A DNA stretch of 64,000 bases from positions 1,302,001-1,366,000 of the forward strand of contig JADEYG010000001.1 in assembly GCA_016906335.1 (NCBI GenBank). The letters run 5' to 3'. The translations under genes were made by a program, and so were the position numbers. Each line of letters starts with the position of its first letter. Positions within the stretch are counted from its first letter, which is position 1. The notes below the pieces were generated by a model, which ran no database searches, was not told the origin of the DNA, and saw only the letters and a program-made list of their open reading frames with translations. This document shows, piece after piece, positions 63,452-64,000 of this stretch. The DNA is from Novakomyces olei (lineage: Eukaryota).

Positions 63452-64000
63452 ATGTCTTTTTGCAGTCGCCAGTCCGCTACTCAAGGACGCGATCCACGTG
63501 ATCCGTGCCAGCAGGCAGGAACTGCGTATCTGGCAGAGTTTCTACGCAGCACTGGGCCAGAAGATCCATCGTACAAAAAGGCGCGTGCCGCGTGGAACGG
63601 GCATTTTACTGGGGCAGAAGAAATGAGGGTGGGCGCGGGTAGCAAAAGGTCAGTTGCTGCTAAAGGCTTTTCGTCCACTCTGAAGCAAATGTTTCGCAGT
63701 CTGAGGCCCGAGCAGAGCGCGTCTCGTAGGGAAAGAATTGCGGAAACACAGAATGGCTATCGGCAAACGGAGACAGTCACAGACAGCGGAAAAGTTGATA
63801 GCGGCTTTGATGGTCTGACGCCTCCGCCTTCGCCCGGCACAGTATCCAAATCGTCATCGTCAGCTTCCTCGTTTAATAAGGGGAGACCTTTATTCAAAGA
63901 GCAGTACACGAGTACGGGACAAAAGTATTACATATACTCGCCTGCTCCAAGCATTTCTTGCAGCATTGCCTCACACGATTCAGGAGCACAGCAAAATGCA
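63452..64000 (+). CDS. Hypothetical protein, 5' part only; runs off the window end
   Basis: ATG 63452 is open for 183 codons to the edge (not in the ORF track); LAEFLRSTGP motif and Ser/Pro-rich LTPPPSP. Confidence 0.65.
   Translation, partial: MSFCSRQSATQGRDPRDPCQQAGTAYLAEFLRSTGPEDPSYKKARAAWNGHFTGAEEMRVGAGSKRSVAAKGFSSTLKQMFRSLRPEQSASRRERIAETQNGYRQTETVTDSGKVDSGFDGLTPPPSPGTVSKSSSSASSFNKGRPLFKEQYTSTGQKYYIYSPAPSISCSIASHDSGAQQNA

Overview
Gene-dense fungal nuclear DNA, an ascomycete and most likely Taphrinomycotina. This rests on short GT-AG introns with CTAAY branch points close to the 3' AG, a Schizosaccharomyces-like Ubc13 motif (GRICLSTLK.DW), and Homol-D/telobox promoter elements. About 23 protein-coding genes are supported, in order: RGP1-like (partial), RFC1, BLI1-like, MGE1, MSF1, MRPL16, RTP1/TANGO6, acetyl-CoA synthetase, a GH16 glucanase, an ADAM protease, Acinus-like, SSN6/CYC8, RPL3, an HST3/4 sirtuin, a hypothetical, ARMH3/DUF1741-like, a PMP20/AHP1 peroxiredoxin, a small TM protein, an SHB17-like phosphatase, a sacsin-type GHKL ATPase/DUF3684 protein with a C-terminal HExxH motif, MTC5/WDR59, UBC13, a 65-aa spliced TM microprotein, RPL24, an ankyrin-BTB protein and a partial hypothetical. 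No rRNA, tRNA, CRISPR array or intact transposon was recognised. The most notable non-coding signals are: a shared RP promoter module (AGGGCT(T)AACCCTA plus AGTCAC); an orphan telobox/TATA promoter facing a foldable ~130-nt segment between convergent RPL3 and HST4 (candidate unannotated ncRNA); large AT microsatellites in divergent promoters; pervasive young tandem duplications, one of which builds an MCB/SCB array; and a long AUG-free leader on the ACS gene. Family assignments come from remembered motifs, not database searches, and splice models were read by eye.
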